A DNA stretch of 47,280 bases from a virus (Duplodnaviria; Caudoviricetes), in the IMG/VR virus record IMGVR_UViG_3300042510_000390, positions 1-47,280 of that record, one strand, 5' to 3'. Below are positions 38,655 to 47,280 of this stretch, piece after piece; positions within the stretch are counted from its first letter, which is position 1, and each line of letters begins with the position of its first letter. The position numbers were made by a program, and so were the translations under genes. The notes under the pieces were generated by a model. The model had not been told where the DNA came from. It saw only the letters and a list, made by a program, of their open reading frames with translations, and did no database searches.

Positions 38655-39171
38655 TAGGTAGTTCTCCATTGGATATGCGATCATCAATCATCTGCCAGAA
38701 CTCTAGCAAGACTTCATTACGCTCATCCGTTGTCAGCCTTTGCTTGCCATACCTGTACTTCTTCATGTATTCCAGTCGCTCTTTTGCCCAAGCTTGTTCA
38801 AGAAACTTCAAGTATCCCAGTCGGTCAGCAATTTTGCCATTAGCCGCCTCGTATACCTTTAAAGCGCGGTTCATGCGCTCACGTCTGCTTGACTGCATGT
38901 CACGTGTCAATAACGTTCTATAGACAGCATGAACTTCTGCTTTTGCGTGGCCTTCTAGCGAATCTCTAACTGCTTTTGTGTACTCAACAAACGTCGTTGG
39001 GTCGTCAACAAACGCCTCTAATCCGCCTTTCAGTTTCGCATGCTCTTTTGGTAGAACAAAAGTACTACTTCCAACTTTCTTAAACGTCTGGATATACGCA
39101 TCAGTAAGGTTCAGCCATTTAGCTGGGCTTTTTTGCTCCAATAACCAGTCGGTAAACTCTCTTAGGGCCAT
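38626..39171 (-). CDS. Hypothetical protein
   Basis: 181 aa; AAGGAG RBS; own promoter upstream. Confidence 0.7.
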   Translation of the reverse strand: MALREFTDWLLEQKSPAKWLNLTDAYIQTFKKVGSSTFVLPKEHAKLKGGLEAFVDDPTTFVEYTKAVRDSLEGHAKAEVHAVYRTLLTRDMQSSRRERMNRALKVYEAANGKIADRLGYLKFLEQAWAKERLEYMKKYRYGKQRLTTDERNEVLLEFWQMIDDRISNGELPNGYNAPMES

Positions 39172-39214
39172 TTTATGACTCCTTTATAATATGAAATCTG
39201 AAAATCAGGCGCAC

Positions 39215-39254
39215 ATATTAGTATTCTTTTTGTATGTTGTAAACATCTTAACAC
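39215..39254 (-). promoter_or_regulatory. sigma70 promoter plus operator
   Basis: TTTACA-17 nt-TAATAT on minus; operator-like TTGTAAACATCTTAACAC at 39237-54. Confidence 0.55.
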
Positions 39255-39256
39255 AT

Positions 39257-41068
39257 TTACTTAGCATCTGCATATGATTTTCCAAAGTTGGCTTCTGCTG
39301 CTAATGGAATTTCAGGCCACCATTCTGGTGACGTACTCATCACCTCGACCATCCACTTAGCTGCTTTTTCTGCCTCGTTCTCTGGAACTAGTGCGACGAC
39401 TTCATCATGCACTTGCAACTTAACCTCGTATTTTTTAGCGATTTCCATCCACTGCTCGGCAATAATGTTTCTCGCTAGATGTTGACAAATATTCTCCACA
39501 ATCTTACCGCCGTATACTTTGACAGGCTCAACCGTCTTGAACTTCTTAGTATCATATACCCAACCTTCAGGTGTTCTTCGTAAGTTTGGGTAATAGATTT
39601 GGTTTTGAGGTGGAGTGACCAGCCCCTTCTTGTTAGTGTGAATCATGTTACCGATCGTGTAGTCGGCACCAGTTGATATTGCTGCCAGCGCTTTGTCTGC
39701 GCTCTTCCATAGTTGTGGAATGGCATAGTAAGTATCACGCCACAGATTAACGATACGTTCTGCTTCATCATCAGGTACATCTTTACCCTTAGATAGCAAA
39801 CGAACAGTCTCTTTGAACTTACGCCATGACATGCCATACCCTAGACCTAAGTGGGCAACCTTACCCATGAAACGTTCGTCTTTGTCGTCTTTGGTAATCT
39901 CACGACCGTACAGCATAGATGCGAACTGGCAGTACAAGTCTTCACCTCGACGAAGAGCATCAATAGACTCCTGTTGACCTGCTAAGGTGTGGTTCACACG
40001 AAGCTCGATGTTAGAGCTATCACACGCTACTAATACAAATCCTTCCGGTGCTTTAATCGCTCTTCGTATGTTTCCGCCCCTAGGCAGATTCTGAAGATTA
40101 ACCTTGTCGGCTCCAGACCACCGCATAGTAGTGACAGCGCCAGCGTAATTGAGCGGTACAGGCATCGGGCCTCGCTTCGCCATGCCAAGGAACATTTCCG
40201 TACGGGTTTCTTCGATAGTAGATTTAACGCCCAGTCTCGCCGCAACTGCTGCTTGGACGCTAGGGTTCTTGTGTTCGAGTAATGCAGTAAATGCTTTGTC
40301 AGTTTTTCCAAACGCATATGTATCCTTGCCTGTTGCAGCTGAAACTTTCATTGGTGGTTCAACACCTAGGTTACGTAGTACCTCAGCAAATTTAGGGTTA
40401 GACATAATCTCGTCTTTACCAAAGTCAACGCTGCCTAGTAGCTCTTCTTTCTTAGTACGTACCTCGTTGAGGTGGCTCTCTAGGATGTCTGCATCTAGCT
40501 CTAGTTTAGGCTCAGTAAACATGCGAACCGTTAAATCAATTAGCTTCATCTCACGTGCTGGTGTTAGCGGGTATAGACGCTTGAATAGTTGATACGTTAA
40601 CTCAACGTCGTTCTTACAATACTCACCGTACTTAGCTAGTTCTTCAGGTGTAAAGTCTTCAAGGCGTTTACCTAACGCATCTAGAACCTCAGTGCCTTTT
40701 TGACCGATACCAAAGTGTTCGGCTAATGCTTTAAGTGAACCGCCTACGTGTGTGCCAAAATGCGGACGTGCCATAGACAATGTATCAACAATCAACGCTG
40801 GCTTAAGACCTAAGCGCCATTGAACAATCGCCAAATCAAATATAGCGTTATGCGCTATGACAGTGTTACCGTTAACGTACGGTGCTAAGGCTTCTGCGTA
40901 ATCCAAATCGTTATCGAACGAGAACCAAATAGTTTCGTTGTTACCTTCTTTAACAGCACACCCGATGATTTGAAAGTTATCGTCTCGGATGTACTGCTCT
41001 GTTGTATGTGAACGAAACCCCAGCTCTTTACTGTAATAGGTCTCAAAGTCGATCACGACTGGCTTCAT
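39257..41068 (-). CDS. DNA polymerase family A with 3'-5' exonuclease
   Basis: DFETYY, AHNAIFD, NLQNLPR, DSSNIELR, K...LGLGYG, VHDE. Confidence 0.95.
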   Translation of the reverse strand: MKPVVIDFETYYSKELGFRSHTTEQYIRDDNFQIIGCAVKEGNNETIWFSFDNDLDYAEALAPYVNGNTVIAHNAIFDLAIVQWRLGLKPALIVDTLSMARPHFGTHVGGSLKALAEHFGIGQKGTEVLDALGKRLEDFTPEELAKYGEYCKNDVELTYQLFKRLYPLTPAREMKLIDLTVRMFTEPKLELDADILESHLNEVRTKKEELLGSVDFGKDEIMSNPKFAEVLRNLGVEPPMKVSAATGKDTYAFGKTDKAFTALLEHKNPSVQAAVAARLGVKSTIEETRTEMFLGMAKRGPMPVPLNYAGAVTTMRWSGADKVNLQNLPRGGNIRRAIKAPEGFVLVACDSSNIELRVNHTLAGQQESIDALRRGEDLYCQFASMLYGREITKDDKDERFMGKVAHLGLGYGMSWRKFKETVRLLSKGKDVPDDEAERIVNLWRDTYYAIPQLWKSADKALAAISTGADYTIGNMIHTNKKGLVTPPQNQIYYPNLRRTPEGWVYDTKKFKTVEPVKVYGGKIVENICQHLARNIIAEQWMEIAKKYEVKLQVHDEVVALVPENEAEKAAKWMVEVMSTSPEWWPEIPLAAEANFGKSYADAK

Positions 41069-41070
41069 GT

Positions 41071-41418
41071 TTATCCCTTATCAAGTTGTGACAGAACCAT
41101 AGAGCTAACAAACTTAGCCTTCAATTCTTCAACGTCTTTAGCTATAAATTTTTTAACTCGCTGGTTATTTTTAGATACATGTAATACATATCCGTCTTCA
41201 GTCTTTTCAATGTTCATCGCCCACATGTCTGGTTGCGGTACAGGTACCGAGGCTTGCGCTTGAGCCGCAGAGTAATGTGATTGCATGTAAGCCGCTTGTT
41301 GAGACGCTAAACTGTTTGATACAGCCATGTTCGATGCTCCAAGTTGTGCGTAAGTTGGTGGTGGGATCATTGCTTTACCTATCATGTGTTTTTCCTTTAA
41401 CTTCTTTAGCCATTTCAC
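41071..41418 (-). CDS. Hypothetical protein
   Basis: GTGA overlap with the upstream gene. Confidence 0.55.
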   Translation of the reverse strand: MKWLKKLKEKHMIGKAMIPPPTYAQLGASNMAVSNSLASQQAAYMQSHYSAAQAQASVPVPQPDMWAMNIEKTEDGYVLHVSKNNQRVKKFIAKDVEELKAKFVSSMVLSQLDKG

Positions 41419-41618
41419 TGTGACACCCTCAAGTCGTTCACTTCTATCTCTCGCCTAGTATCATCAGGGAGCTGCACGACTACAGTGTCAGGAAAATGCC
41501 CGCGTTTTATTACTTCAACAACGCACTCCAACGAGTTACTCCAGCACCACTTAGGTATCTTCATACTATTTGCCACGACGCTTCTCCTCTTCCCAGCTAC
41601 GGGTACATGTGGCATCAC
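41415..41618 (-). CDS. Hypothetical protein
   Basis: Short ORF with VEVIKRGHFPDTVVV; real start probably downstream of 41618. Confidence 0.45.
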   Translation of the reverse strand: MMPHVPVAGKRRSVVANSMKIPKWCWSNSLECVVEVIKRGHFPDTVVVQLPDDTRREIEVNDLRVSQ

Positions 41619-41760
41619 ACCAACGTCTACCTATCACCGGTTCATCACAATACAAACACTTTCCAGTTTCTGCGGCTTCTGGTGTCAAATTTATTTGACT
41701 AAGGCTGCTCTGCAAAGCCGCTTCAGCAAGGTCATTAGCTAAATCTACTTCATCACTCAC
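41566..41760 (-). CDS. DksA/TraR-like C4 zinc-finger protein
   Basis: GTG start; MSDEVDLAND (DxxDxA), CLYC...RRWC...C. Confidence 0.65.
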   Translation of the reverse strand: MSDEVDLANDLAEAALQSSLSQINLTPEAAETGKCLYCDEPVIGRRWCDATCTRSWEEEKRRGK

Positions 41761-41965
41761 GTCTAAGACCTTTCTTGTTGTTTCTGTTATTTTTTCTAGT
41801 AACGCTACTAATGAACAGCCCAAACATAACGCCGTATATGAACGCCATTGAGTAGCAAAGAACGTATTCAATAATTGTTTGCACCATATAATTACCAGTG
41901 ATGTACTACGTTAATGATTAGAACTATGTCGGCTAGCGCAGCCAACGCTAGGATTATCCAATCTC

Positions 41966-42109
41966 TCATTTCTTGTTCTTTTTGCTGGTTAAACTGAACC
42001 CTGATGTACGTGTAAAACATCCGTCACATACATGTTTGATTCGACCTAGCGTATCTTTCTTAGTCCGCGTAGCCACGGCGCTTCTACATGATTGGCAATA
42101 TTTAGTCAT
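41966..42109 (-). CDS. Small zinc-ribbon protein
   Basis: MTKYCQSC...CDGC; GGAG RBS. Confidence 0.5.
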   Translation of the reverse strand: MTKYCQSCRSAVATRTKKDTLGRIKHVCDGCFTRTSGFSLTSKKNKK

Positions 42110-42896
42110 TACTATCTCCAAATAACTTAGCAAATATGCATTTCTGTTCGGTACGATTGCTAACAAAGGTTCGTCCAAGTTCTAGCTTGGTTGCTCGTTC
42201 ATATTCCAAATCTGTTGGCGTAGCATCACGTACTTCTAACTTAGGTTGTTTTTTAGGCAGCAGCATGTAGTGCGCAATAGGTGTACCAGCTTTGATTACA
42301 GTACGACCATTCATTACATGCCATAGCAACTGAACATTCATCTGGGCTACGCCGTACTCTCTACTAAAGAACCCACGTACTGTGGTGAAGCGCTGCTCGT
42401 CAGTGTATGGAAGCGGGCCTTCTTGTAAGTAGTATCCTTCCGGAACTACACAGCGCCATGGTGTGTGGATTTTGATAACAGTGCTGATAGACTCTGGTAC
42501 TTTGCCACCAATGTAGTTAGCGTATTGATGCGCTCCATGAAAACCAACGGCTTCACCTGTAATATCTCCGCCTAGTAGCGTTCGTTGGTCAAGTGCTGAT
42601 TCCCAAGCAAAGTTAACACCGTCGCCATTAGTCTCGATAACAATGTCTTGCCATGTCGTCATCACCCAACCATACCTAGCTAAGTTATAAATTCCGGGAC
42701 ACTTAGCGGTAGAATGAACCTTACGCTCACCGAACCTTGGGTCTTTCTTTGCAGCGCTTAATTCTTTAGCCGCATTAGTCATTAGGTCTGGTCTAAATTG
42801 AGTAGCCGGTACGATAGGTGCAATACGTGTTACGTCTGGCATCAAACTAAAGAATTCGATCTTAGGCTCTCGCTTAAAGAGGTTCATTTTCTGCAT
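42102..42896 (-). CDS. Hypothetical beta-rich protein
   Basis: TAKCPGI, KIHTPW....PEGY, IKAGTPIA motifs; coupled to the oxygenase gene. Confidence 0.65.
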   Translation of the reverse strand: MQKMNLFKREPKIEFFSLMPDVTRIAPIVPATQFRPDLMTNAAKELSAAKKDPRFGERKVHSTAKCPGIYNLARYGWVMTTWQDIVIETNGDGVNFAWESALDQRTLLGGDITGEAVGFHGAHQYANYIGGKVPESISTVIKIHTPWRCVVPEGYYLQEGPLPYTDEQRFTTVRGFFSREYGVAQMNVQLLWHVMNGRTVIKAGTPIAHYMLLPKKQPKLEVRDATPTDLEYERATKLELGRTFVSNRTEQKCIFAKLFGDSND

Positions 42897-43437
42897 TCCT
42901 AAAGAATAGTGTTAGTGTGAAGCGGTACATTGGCGCCGATGCTGCTTGTGGTCTAACTGAATGTGCAATCTCGCCGTCGAACAACACGATACGACCGGGC
43001 TTGTACACAGATGCAAACTCAACTTCAGACAGGTCATCGTTAAAAAACATCGTCTCGCCAGCCCACTCATGCTTCCAGTGCTTATTTATGTATATAAGCA
43101 TTGCTGTCTGGTCACGGTGGTCATGCGCCCAGTTAGTATCCATAGGGTTTGACATGTTTACGTGGACACGTGTGAGTTGCTTGCCTTTAAGTAAGCTGTC
43201 TATTTCAGTACCTTCAATCGCTTTAAGTATTCCTAGCGCATCGACGTCTGTTTGGTTGTACATAGAGTGAAGGTACTTGTGGTTGTTTGTTTCAACGGCA
43301 TCCGCGTCTTCATTTCCGATACGGAATACCGAGTTTCTAACGTACGAATACAGATGTTCACGCATACTAAAATCTAATACGCCATCGAATGTGTACAAGT
43401 TCTTCCCACAAATTACTTTGTGTTGTTTGCTAATCAT
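42874..43437 (-). CDS. 2OG-Fe(II) oxygenase
   Basis: HxD (HRD), YIN..W..EWAGET.F, PGRIVLFDG.IAH, YRFT. Confidence 0.85.
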   Translation of the reverse strand: MISKQHKVICGKNLYTFDGVLDFSMREHLYSYVRNSVFRIGNEDADAVETNNHKYLHSMYNQTDVDALGILKAIEGTEIDSLLKGKQLTRVHVNMSNPMDTNWAHDHRDQTAMLIYINKHWKHEWAGETMFFNDDLSEVEFASVYKPGRIVLFDGEIAHSVRPQAASAPMYRFTLTLFFRNAENEPL

Positions 43438-44086
43438 TGACTACACCCATAACGGCTTGCCAGCATACAGGTAGTTCACGTGTTAACACGTCACTGATTT
43501 GTTGTGCGATTAAACGATGCTCTTTCTGTGTCGACTCGTCCATTCGTACTTGGCAGTAATGCATCCAGCTGCGGATAGAACCTTTCATATACATACGAGT
43601 AGTAGTCAAGCCTTCAGGCAGTACAGAACGCGCAACCTCTTTAGCTATACCCATGTCGAGCGCACGTTGATAAGCGCCGTTGGTAATACTAACTACAATC
43701 GCCTGTAGCTCGTTGAACTCTGCTGTCAGTAACTCGTCATCGGTGACAATACTATTTTGGCGGTTCTTTGTATCTTGAAGTCTAGCCTCACGTAACTGGC
43801 TAGCTGGCAGCTGCTCTACCTTTTGATAGCGTTGACTGAACTCTTGGAATGAGAACGAACGATGACGCAAAATCTGGCGTGCAATATCTCGTGTCGTTGT
43901 AATCTCAAAGCAAGCGTCCACCATCTCAAAAGGCGACCAGTGTTTGTGGTCAACCATGTACTTGATAATCTTACCGCCAGACTCATGGTTTTCTTGGTTA
44001 GCTGGGTTAGATACACGTGCCATATACGCAATTAGCTTCTCAGCATTCGGCGTAATCCACACTAGTTTGATGTTGTCTTCTTGCAT
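43430..44086 (-). CDS. thyX: FAD-dependent thymidylate synthase
   Basis: HWSPFE, RHRSFSFQEFSQRY, KEVARSVLP, TQKEHR. Confidence 0.95.
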   Translation of the reverse strand: MQEDNIKLVWITPNAEKLIAYMARVSNPANQENHESGGKIIKYMVDHKHWSPFEMVDACFEITTTRDIARQILRHRSFSFQEFSQRYQKVEQLPASQLREARLQDTKNRQNSIVTDDELLTAEFNELQAIVVSITNGAYQRALDMGIAKEVARSVLPEGLTTTRMYMKGSIRSWMHYCQVRMDESTQKEHRLIAQQISDVLTRELPVCWQAVMGVVND

Positions 44087-44298
44087 GCTCTGTCCTTAAT
44101 AAACGCGTTGTATTTAGTTTCTAGACTCTTAGCATCTGTCTCAAGAACATGGGCGGCGAATGCCAATACGCTACCACTAAAGCCTTTAAGCACTCTGTTT
44201 TCTGTATGCATAAGAATCGCGCCACGAAGGATGATCGCAATAACTCCAAGCAATAAAATGTTAAGTCCAATCAAATAAATTTCCATATTAACCCCCAT
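44062..44298 (-). CDS. Small membrane protein
   Basis: N-terminal hydrophobic helix; start may be the second ATG. Confidence 0.55.
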   Translation of the reverse strand: MGVNMEIYLIGLNILLLGVIAIILRGAILMHTENRVLKGFSGSVLAFAAHVLETDAKSLETKYNAFIKDRACKKTTSN

Positions 44299-44305
44299 AA
44301 AAGTT

Positions 44306-44358
44306 GGAGTGCCTGTCCCGAATATTCACTCGGTCTGTGTGCAGATACAGCCACCCCC
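44306..44358 (-). ncRNA. Candidate structured RNA (three-way junction)
   Basis: GGGGUG/CACUCC and CUGU/ACAG enclosing UCUG/CAGA and CCGAGU/AUUCGG hairpins; intergenic. Confidence 0.3.
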
Positions 44359-44364
44359 GTAAAC

Positions 44365-45219
44365 TTAGTCTTTAATGTTAATCATTGGAGTGGCATTACC
44401 CATCATGTATGTAGGTAGCTTGCCATCCCATTTATCAATTGCTTGCAACTGCACGTAGTCCTTACCACCTTGTGCGTTAATAGCTTGGGCTTGGATACGA
44501 ATAGCTTCTGCGTCACCTTTAGCTTTTGCAATATTCTGCTCGGCTTCAACTTGGATACGGCTTAAGTCTTGTTCAGCTTTAAGCTTCTGTTGCGTAGCAA
44601 TAACTTTTTGTTCGATTGCTGCTTGATATTGTTCTGAAAAACCAAAGTTAACCAGTGAGATTTCAGAAACAATCAAACCGTACTTACCTACCTTGTCTTG
44701 AAGCGCCGTGTGAATTGCTTTAGACACCTCGTCACGTTTCGTGACTAGCTCCTCTGAGTTGTAGTGAGCCGTAGTTGCTTTGAACGATTCGTTAACAGCG
44801 GGCAATAGAATCTTGTCCTCTAGTTCTAAGCCAAACTCTTTGTATACATGTGCAACTTTGCTACCATCCAATCTATAGTTAACAACGATGTTGGTATGCA
44901 CAATCTGCAAGTCTTTTGTACCAGCATTAGCGTTTTGAAGCTCTGCTTTAGTGACTCGTACACTGACTTCTTGTACATCGGAAATCGGATTTACAAAATG
45001 TAAGCCCTCGTTAAGGGTCTGCATGTTAACCTGACCCATAGTCACTTGAACGCCTTGATGCCCCGCCGAAATAACCGTGAACGTCGACAGCGCGAATAAC
45101 ACAGCGAAACCGCCTAGCACCACTGGAAGCATGCCGGCTATGCCTTTAATTACGTTATTGAGGTATAAAAAAAACGCTACTGCTACAACCATTACTGCAC
45201 CTAATGTAATCCAAAACAT
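44365..45219 (-). CDS. SPFH/prohibitin (band 7) membrane protein
   Basis: N-terminal TMs, GHQGV, EGLHFVNP, TKDLQ, AIEQK..A.Q, A.GDAEA, KWDGKLP. Confidence 0.9.
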   Translation of the reverse strand: MFWITLGAVMVVAVAFFLYLNNVIKGIAGMLPVVLGGFAVLFALSTFTVISAGHQGVQVTMGQVNMQTLNEGLHFVNPISDVQEVSVRVTKAELQNANAGTKDLQIVHTNIVVNYRLDGSKVAHVYKEFGLELEDKILLPAVNESFKATTAHYNSEELVTKRDEVSKAIHTALQDKVGKYGLIVSEISLVNFGFSEQYQAAIEQKVIATQQKLKAEQDLSRIQVEAEQNIAKAKGDAEAIRIQAQAINAQGGKDYVQLQAIDKWDGKLPTYMMGNATPMINIKD

Positions 45220-45439
45220 GATTGCTCCTTTAATAAGTCTTCAGCTGCCTGTTTAACTACTTCTTTATCAGCTATGTCTTTCAGTTCTTGTTCGTACCGC
45301 CATTGGTCTTTACCAACAGCATCCCACCAATCGTCGCCTCGTTTAGACACGTCTCCACCCTCCTGTAAGTACGGCATGCCTACCTGTTGTGTACAAGTAA
45401 ACAGATGTGCGCAACCATTGTTTCTGCATGTAAAAAGAC

Positions 45440-45805
45440 TCAGGATAAAACGTCTTCGCTTTCGTCTTCAACTGCCACAAATCTATGTTTCCCACTTTTA
45501 TTCGCTCCTATTGTTCGCCAGTTCTTATGCAACCCATTTAACACTCGATCAGGTGCAAATCCCAAGACGTCACATATCCAAATAAAAGACCCTATCTTAG
45601 TAGAGTCGTCATAAAACCAGCGTTTTGCGCTGGCACCAATGTGATAATTTTCATTCATTACAGCTGGCTTTCTACCGCCATTTGCTCTGAGATAGTATGC
45701 GTAATCATTCAAATGAATCATTAGTTTTGCTGCCCACAACCTACGTACAGCCCTAACATCAGCACCAGTCTGCTCGTCGTAGTAGTTATCTTCTAGTTGA
45801 AGCAT
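45440..45805 (-). CDS. Hypothetical phage protein
   Basis: RRLWAA....D, A.RWF, GSFIWICDVLG; GGAGG RBS. Confidence 0.7.
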   Translation of the reverse strand: MLQLEDNYYDEQTGADVRAVRRLWAAKLMIHLNDYAYYLRANGGRKPAVMNENYHIGASAKRWFYDDSTKIGSFIWICDVLGFAPDRVLNGLHKNWRTIGANKSGKHRFVAVEDESEDVLS

Positions 45806-45822
45806 AAAATACTATCCCTCCG

Positions 45823-45840
45823 TTGTCAACATGTTAACAA
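45823..45840. promoter_or_regulatory. Palindromic operator
   Basis: TTGTCAACATGTTAACAA between a minus-strand TATAAT and the RBS. Confidence 0.7.
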
Positions 45841-45847
45841 CATTATA

Positions 45848-46027
45848 TCAGTTATTGTTTTGGGATTGCTGCTTGTTAACACGTTCACGTGCGTCACGTT
45901 CAGCTTCCCGTTGGATACGCTCGTAGGCTTTGACAATCTCCCGTCCCAATTCTTCGTTGCTTAACTTCAAAAGGTTCGAGGCATTTACATACCTACCAAG
46001 CATCTCATAGTGTTTACGTTCCATCAT
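45848..46027 (-). CDS. Small hypothetical protein (59 aa); not in the ORF track
   Basis: MMERKHYEMLGRY...; G-rich RBS. Confidence 0.5.
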   Translation of the reverse strand: MMERKHYEMLGRYVNASNLLKLSNEELGREIVKAYERIQREAERDARERVNKQQSQNNN

Positions 46028-46187
46028 GGATTACCCCCCTAATCTCGTGGATGTTTCCATACCGGTCTTTCAAACTTGCAACGCATTCTTTGGCTTGAGG
46101 CTTTTGACCTTGGATTATAACCAGAATAAAACACGCTACAAGTATTCCACAGAATACAGCGGTAACATATACGTTACTATCATTCAT
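46014..46187 (-). CDS. Small membrane protein (57 aa); not in the ORF track
   Basis: MNDSNVYVTAVFCGILVACFILVIIQ... Confidence 0.45.
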   Translation of the reverse strand: MNDSNVYVTAVFCGILVACFILVIIQGQKPQAKECVASLKDRYGNIHEIRGVIHDGT

Positions 46188-46368
46188 CTTTTATCTCCCG
46201 AATAATGTACCCAGTCCACTTGTTGATGTGCGTAAAGTCGTCACACTTACCGTCCTCTTGCTTGAACGCCATGTATGCTTGGCGATACTCACTAGGCTTG
46301 GCTCGGTATCTAAAGCACTCGTTTCGTTGCGTACATTTATCAGTAAGACACATTGATATATCAGGCAT
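46180..46368 (-). CDS. Small Cys-containing phage protein
   Basis: MPDISMC....C.....CFRY...C; GGAG RBS. Confidence 0.65.
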   Translation of the reverse strand: MPDISMCLTDKCTQRNECFRYRAKPSEYRQAYMAFKQEDGKCDDFTHINKWTGYIIREIKDE

Positions 46369-46675
46369 CTTTGTTCTCCATAACGTGTTGGTACGACCTT
46401 AACACTTGTTCGGCTTGACCCTTGACTATTACAGTGCGAGGTAAATGATTACCTGTTGTACCATCCCAATCAGCAAACTCTTTGTCGTAATACTTTATTT
46501 TGCATAGCTTAGGAAAGTTGCTCTGTAATAGTTCAAGTTCGTTAGCCCACTCTTGCCATTGGTCGTCCGAAATTATCGGTTGATCACTCTCATAATAAAG
46601 GTACGAATGCACGAGCATCTGCGCTCTACGTCGTCTAATCAGCGCTTTGATGTCAGCTTCGCTAACCTTATTCAT
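46361..46675 (-). CDS. Stand-alone NAD-dependent ligase domain Ia-like protein
   Basis: HSYLYYESDQPIISDDQW...EL; ATGA-coupled start at 46675. Confidence 0.65.
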   Translation of the reverse strand: MNKVSEADIKALIRRRRAQMLVHSYLYYESDQPIISDDQWQEWANELELLQSNFPKLCKIKYYDKEFADWDGTTGNHLPRTVIVKGQAEQVLRSYQHVMENKDA

Positions 46676-47034
46676 GCTAGGCGCATAACTTCGACTACAG
46701 TGTGGTCTTTGTTTACTGTGGTAGTGGCTGCCTCTGCACCCCATACACGGTTAGTCCAACCACACAATGCGCTACGTAATGACTCTGCTTTGAAGTTGCC
46801 AGCTGGGATAGCTGCAACGTCGCCTACTTCCATGTCTTTAACGTGTGTTTCTAAGTATGCCGTCAACGCGCCGTGAGGATAAGCTGAAGGTGCGCGAGTA
46901 TGTTTGCCACCAGTTACTACCTTGCCATCTTGGAACGTTACCTTATAGGTAGCATCTAGGCTGTTCAATAATTTAATAGCATTTTCTGCCGCGATTTTTT
47001 GTAACTTCTCGTTTTGTTGAAGAGTTGCATTCAT
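46672..47034 (-). CDS. Hypothetical protein
   Basis: 120 aa; AAGGAG RBS. Confidence 0.7.
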   Translation of the reverse strand: MNATLQQNEKLQKIAAENAIKLLNSLDATYKVTFQDGKVVTGGKHTRAPSAYPHGALTAYLETHVKDMEVGDVAAIPAGNFKAESLRSALCGWTNRVWGAEAATTTVNKDHTVVEVMRLA

Positions 47035-47046
47035 TCTTACTGCTCC

Positions 47047-47280
47047 TTAGTTAGTGAGTCCTGAGACTTTTTCTTTAATAAAACCTACTACACCTACATG
47101 CTCGATGCGTAGCATCTGAGCGGTATTCAACCATGTGATTGAATTCTTGTCGGTCGGCATTAGTTGAGACTTATGTTTAGACGTTGTTCTGCTATACCTA
47201 TCGTCGTTGCCGTACCATTGTTTTGTTTCTCTAGACCAAATGTATAGCGGGTAGTGACTGCCATACGAATACACTCCGTA
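47047..47280 (-). CDS. Hypothetical protein, probably truncated by the window edge
   Basis: YSYG.HYPL...YSRTTSKH; frame is open to the end of the window. Confidence 0.55.
   Translation of the reverse strand, partial: YGVYSYGSHYPLYIWSRETKQWYGNDDRYSRTTSKHKSQLMPTDKNSITWLNTAQMLRIEHVGVVGFIKEKVSGLTN

Noticed and set aside
1-47280. Integrated prophage with host flanks
   Set aside because: Only one att core, with phage genes on both sides, and no host housekeeping context

Overview
The whole window is one temperate, podovirus-like tailed phage; I see no host genes. The + strand arm (1-28.3 kb) carries portal, a lysis cassette with an embedded Rz/Rz1-type spanin pair, scaffold, major capsid, adaptor and tail proteins, a GNAT, ejection proteins and a 2426-aa polyvalent PLxRFG protein. 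The - strand arm (28.2-47.3 kb) carries integrase, a DUF927-type primase/helicase, an HTH protein, an SSB-like protein, AlpA, an SNF2 helicase, nucleases, family A DNA polymerase, ThyX and an SPFH protein. An intact attP (3' half of tRNA-Arg(ACG), IHF sites, arm-type repeats) lies next to the integrase, so this is the free, unintegrated form. Highlights: (1) a lipid-chemistry cassette (two membrane desaturases, a cupin and an acyl carrier protein) inserted in the tail module; (2) an 18-bp palindromic operator recurring about 12 times on both arms, often overlapping sigma70 promoters; (3) five promoters that appear to make leaderless mRNAs; (4) integrase arm-site repeats recurring inside the primase gene; (5) a PD-(D/E)XK nuclease with no canonical start codon. 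All family assignments come from motif recognition by eye, not from database searches.
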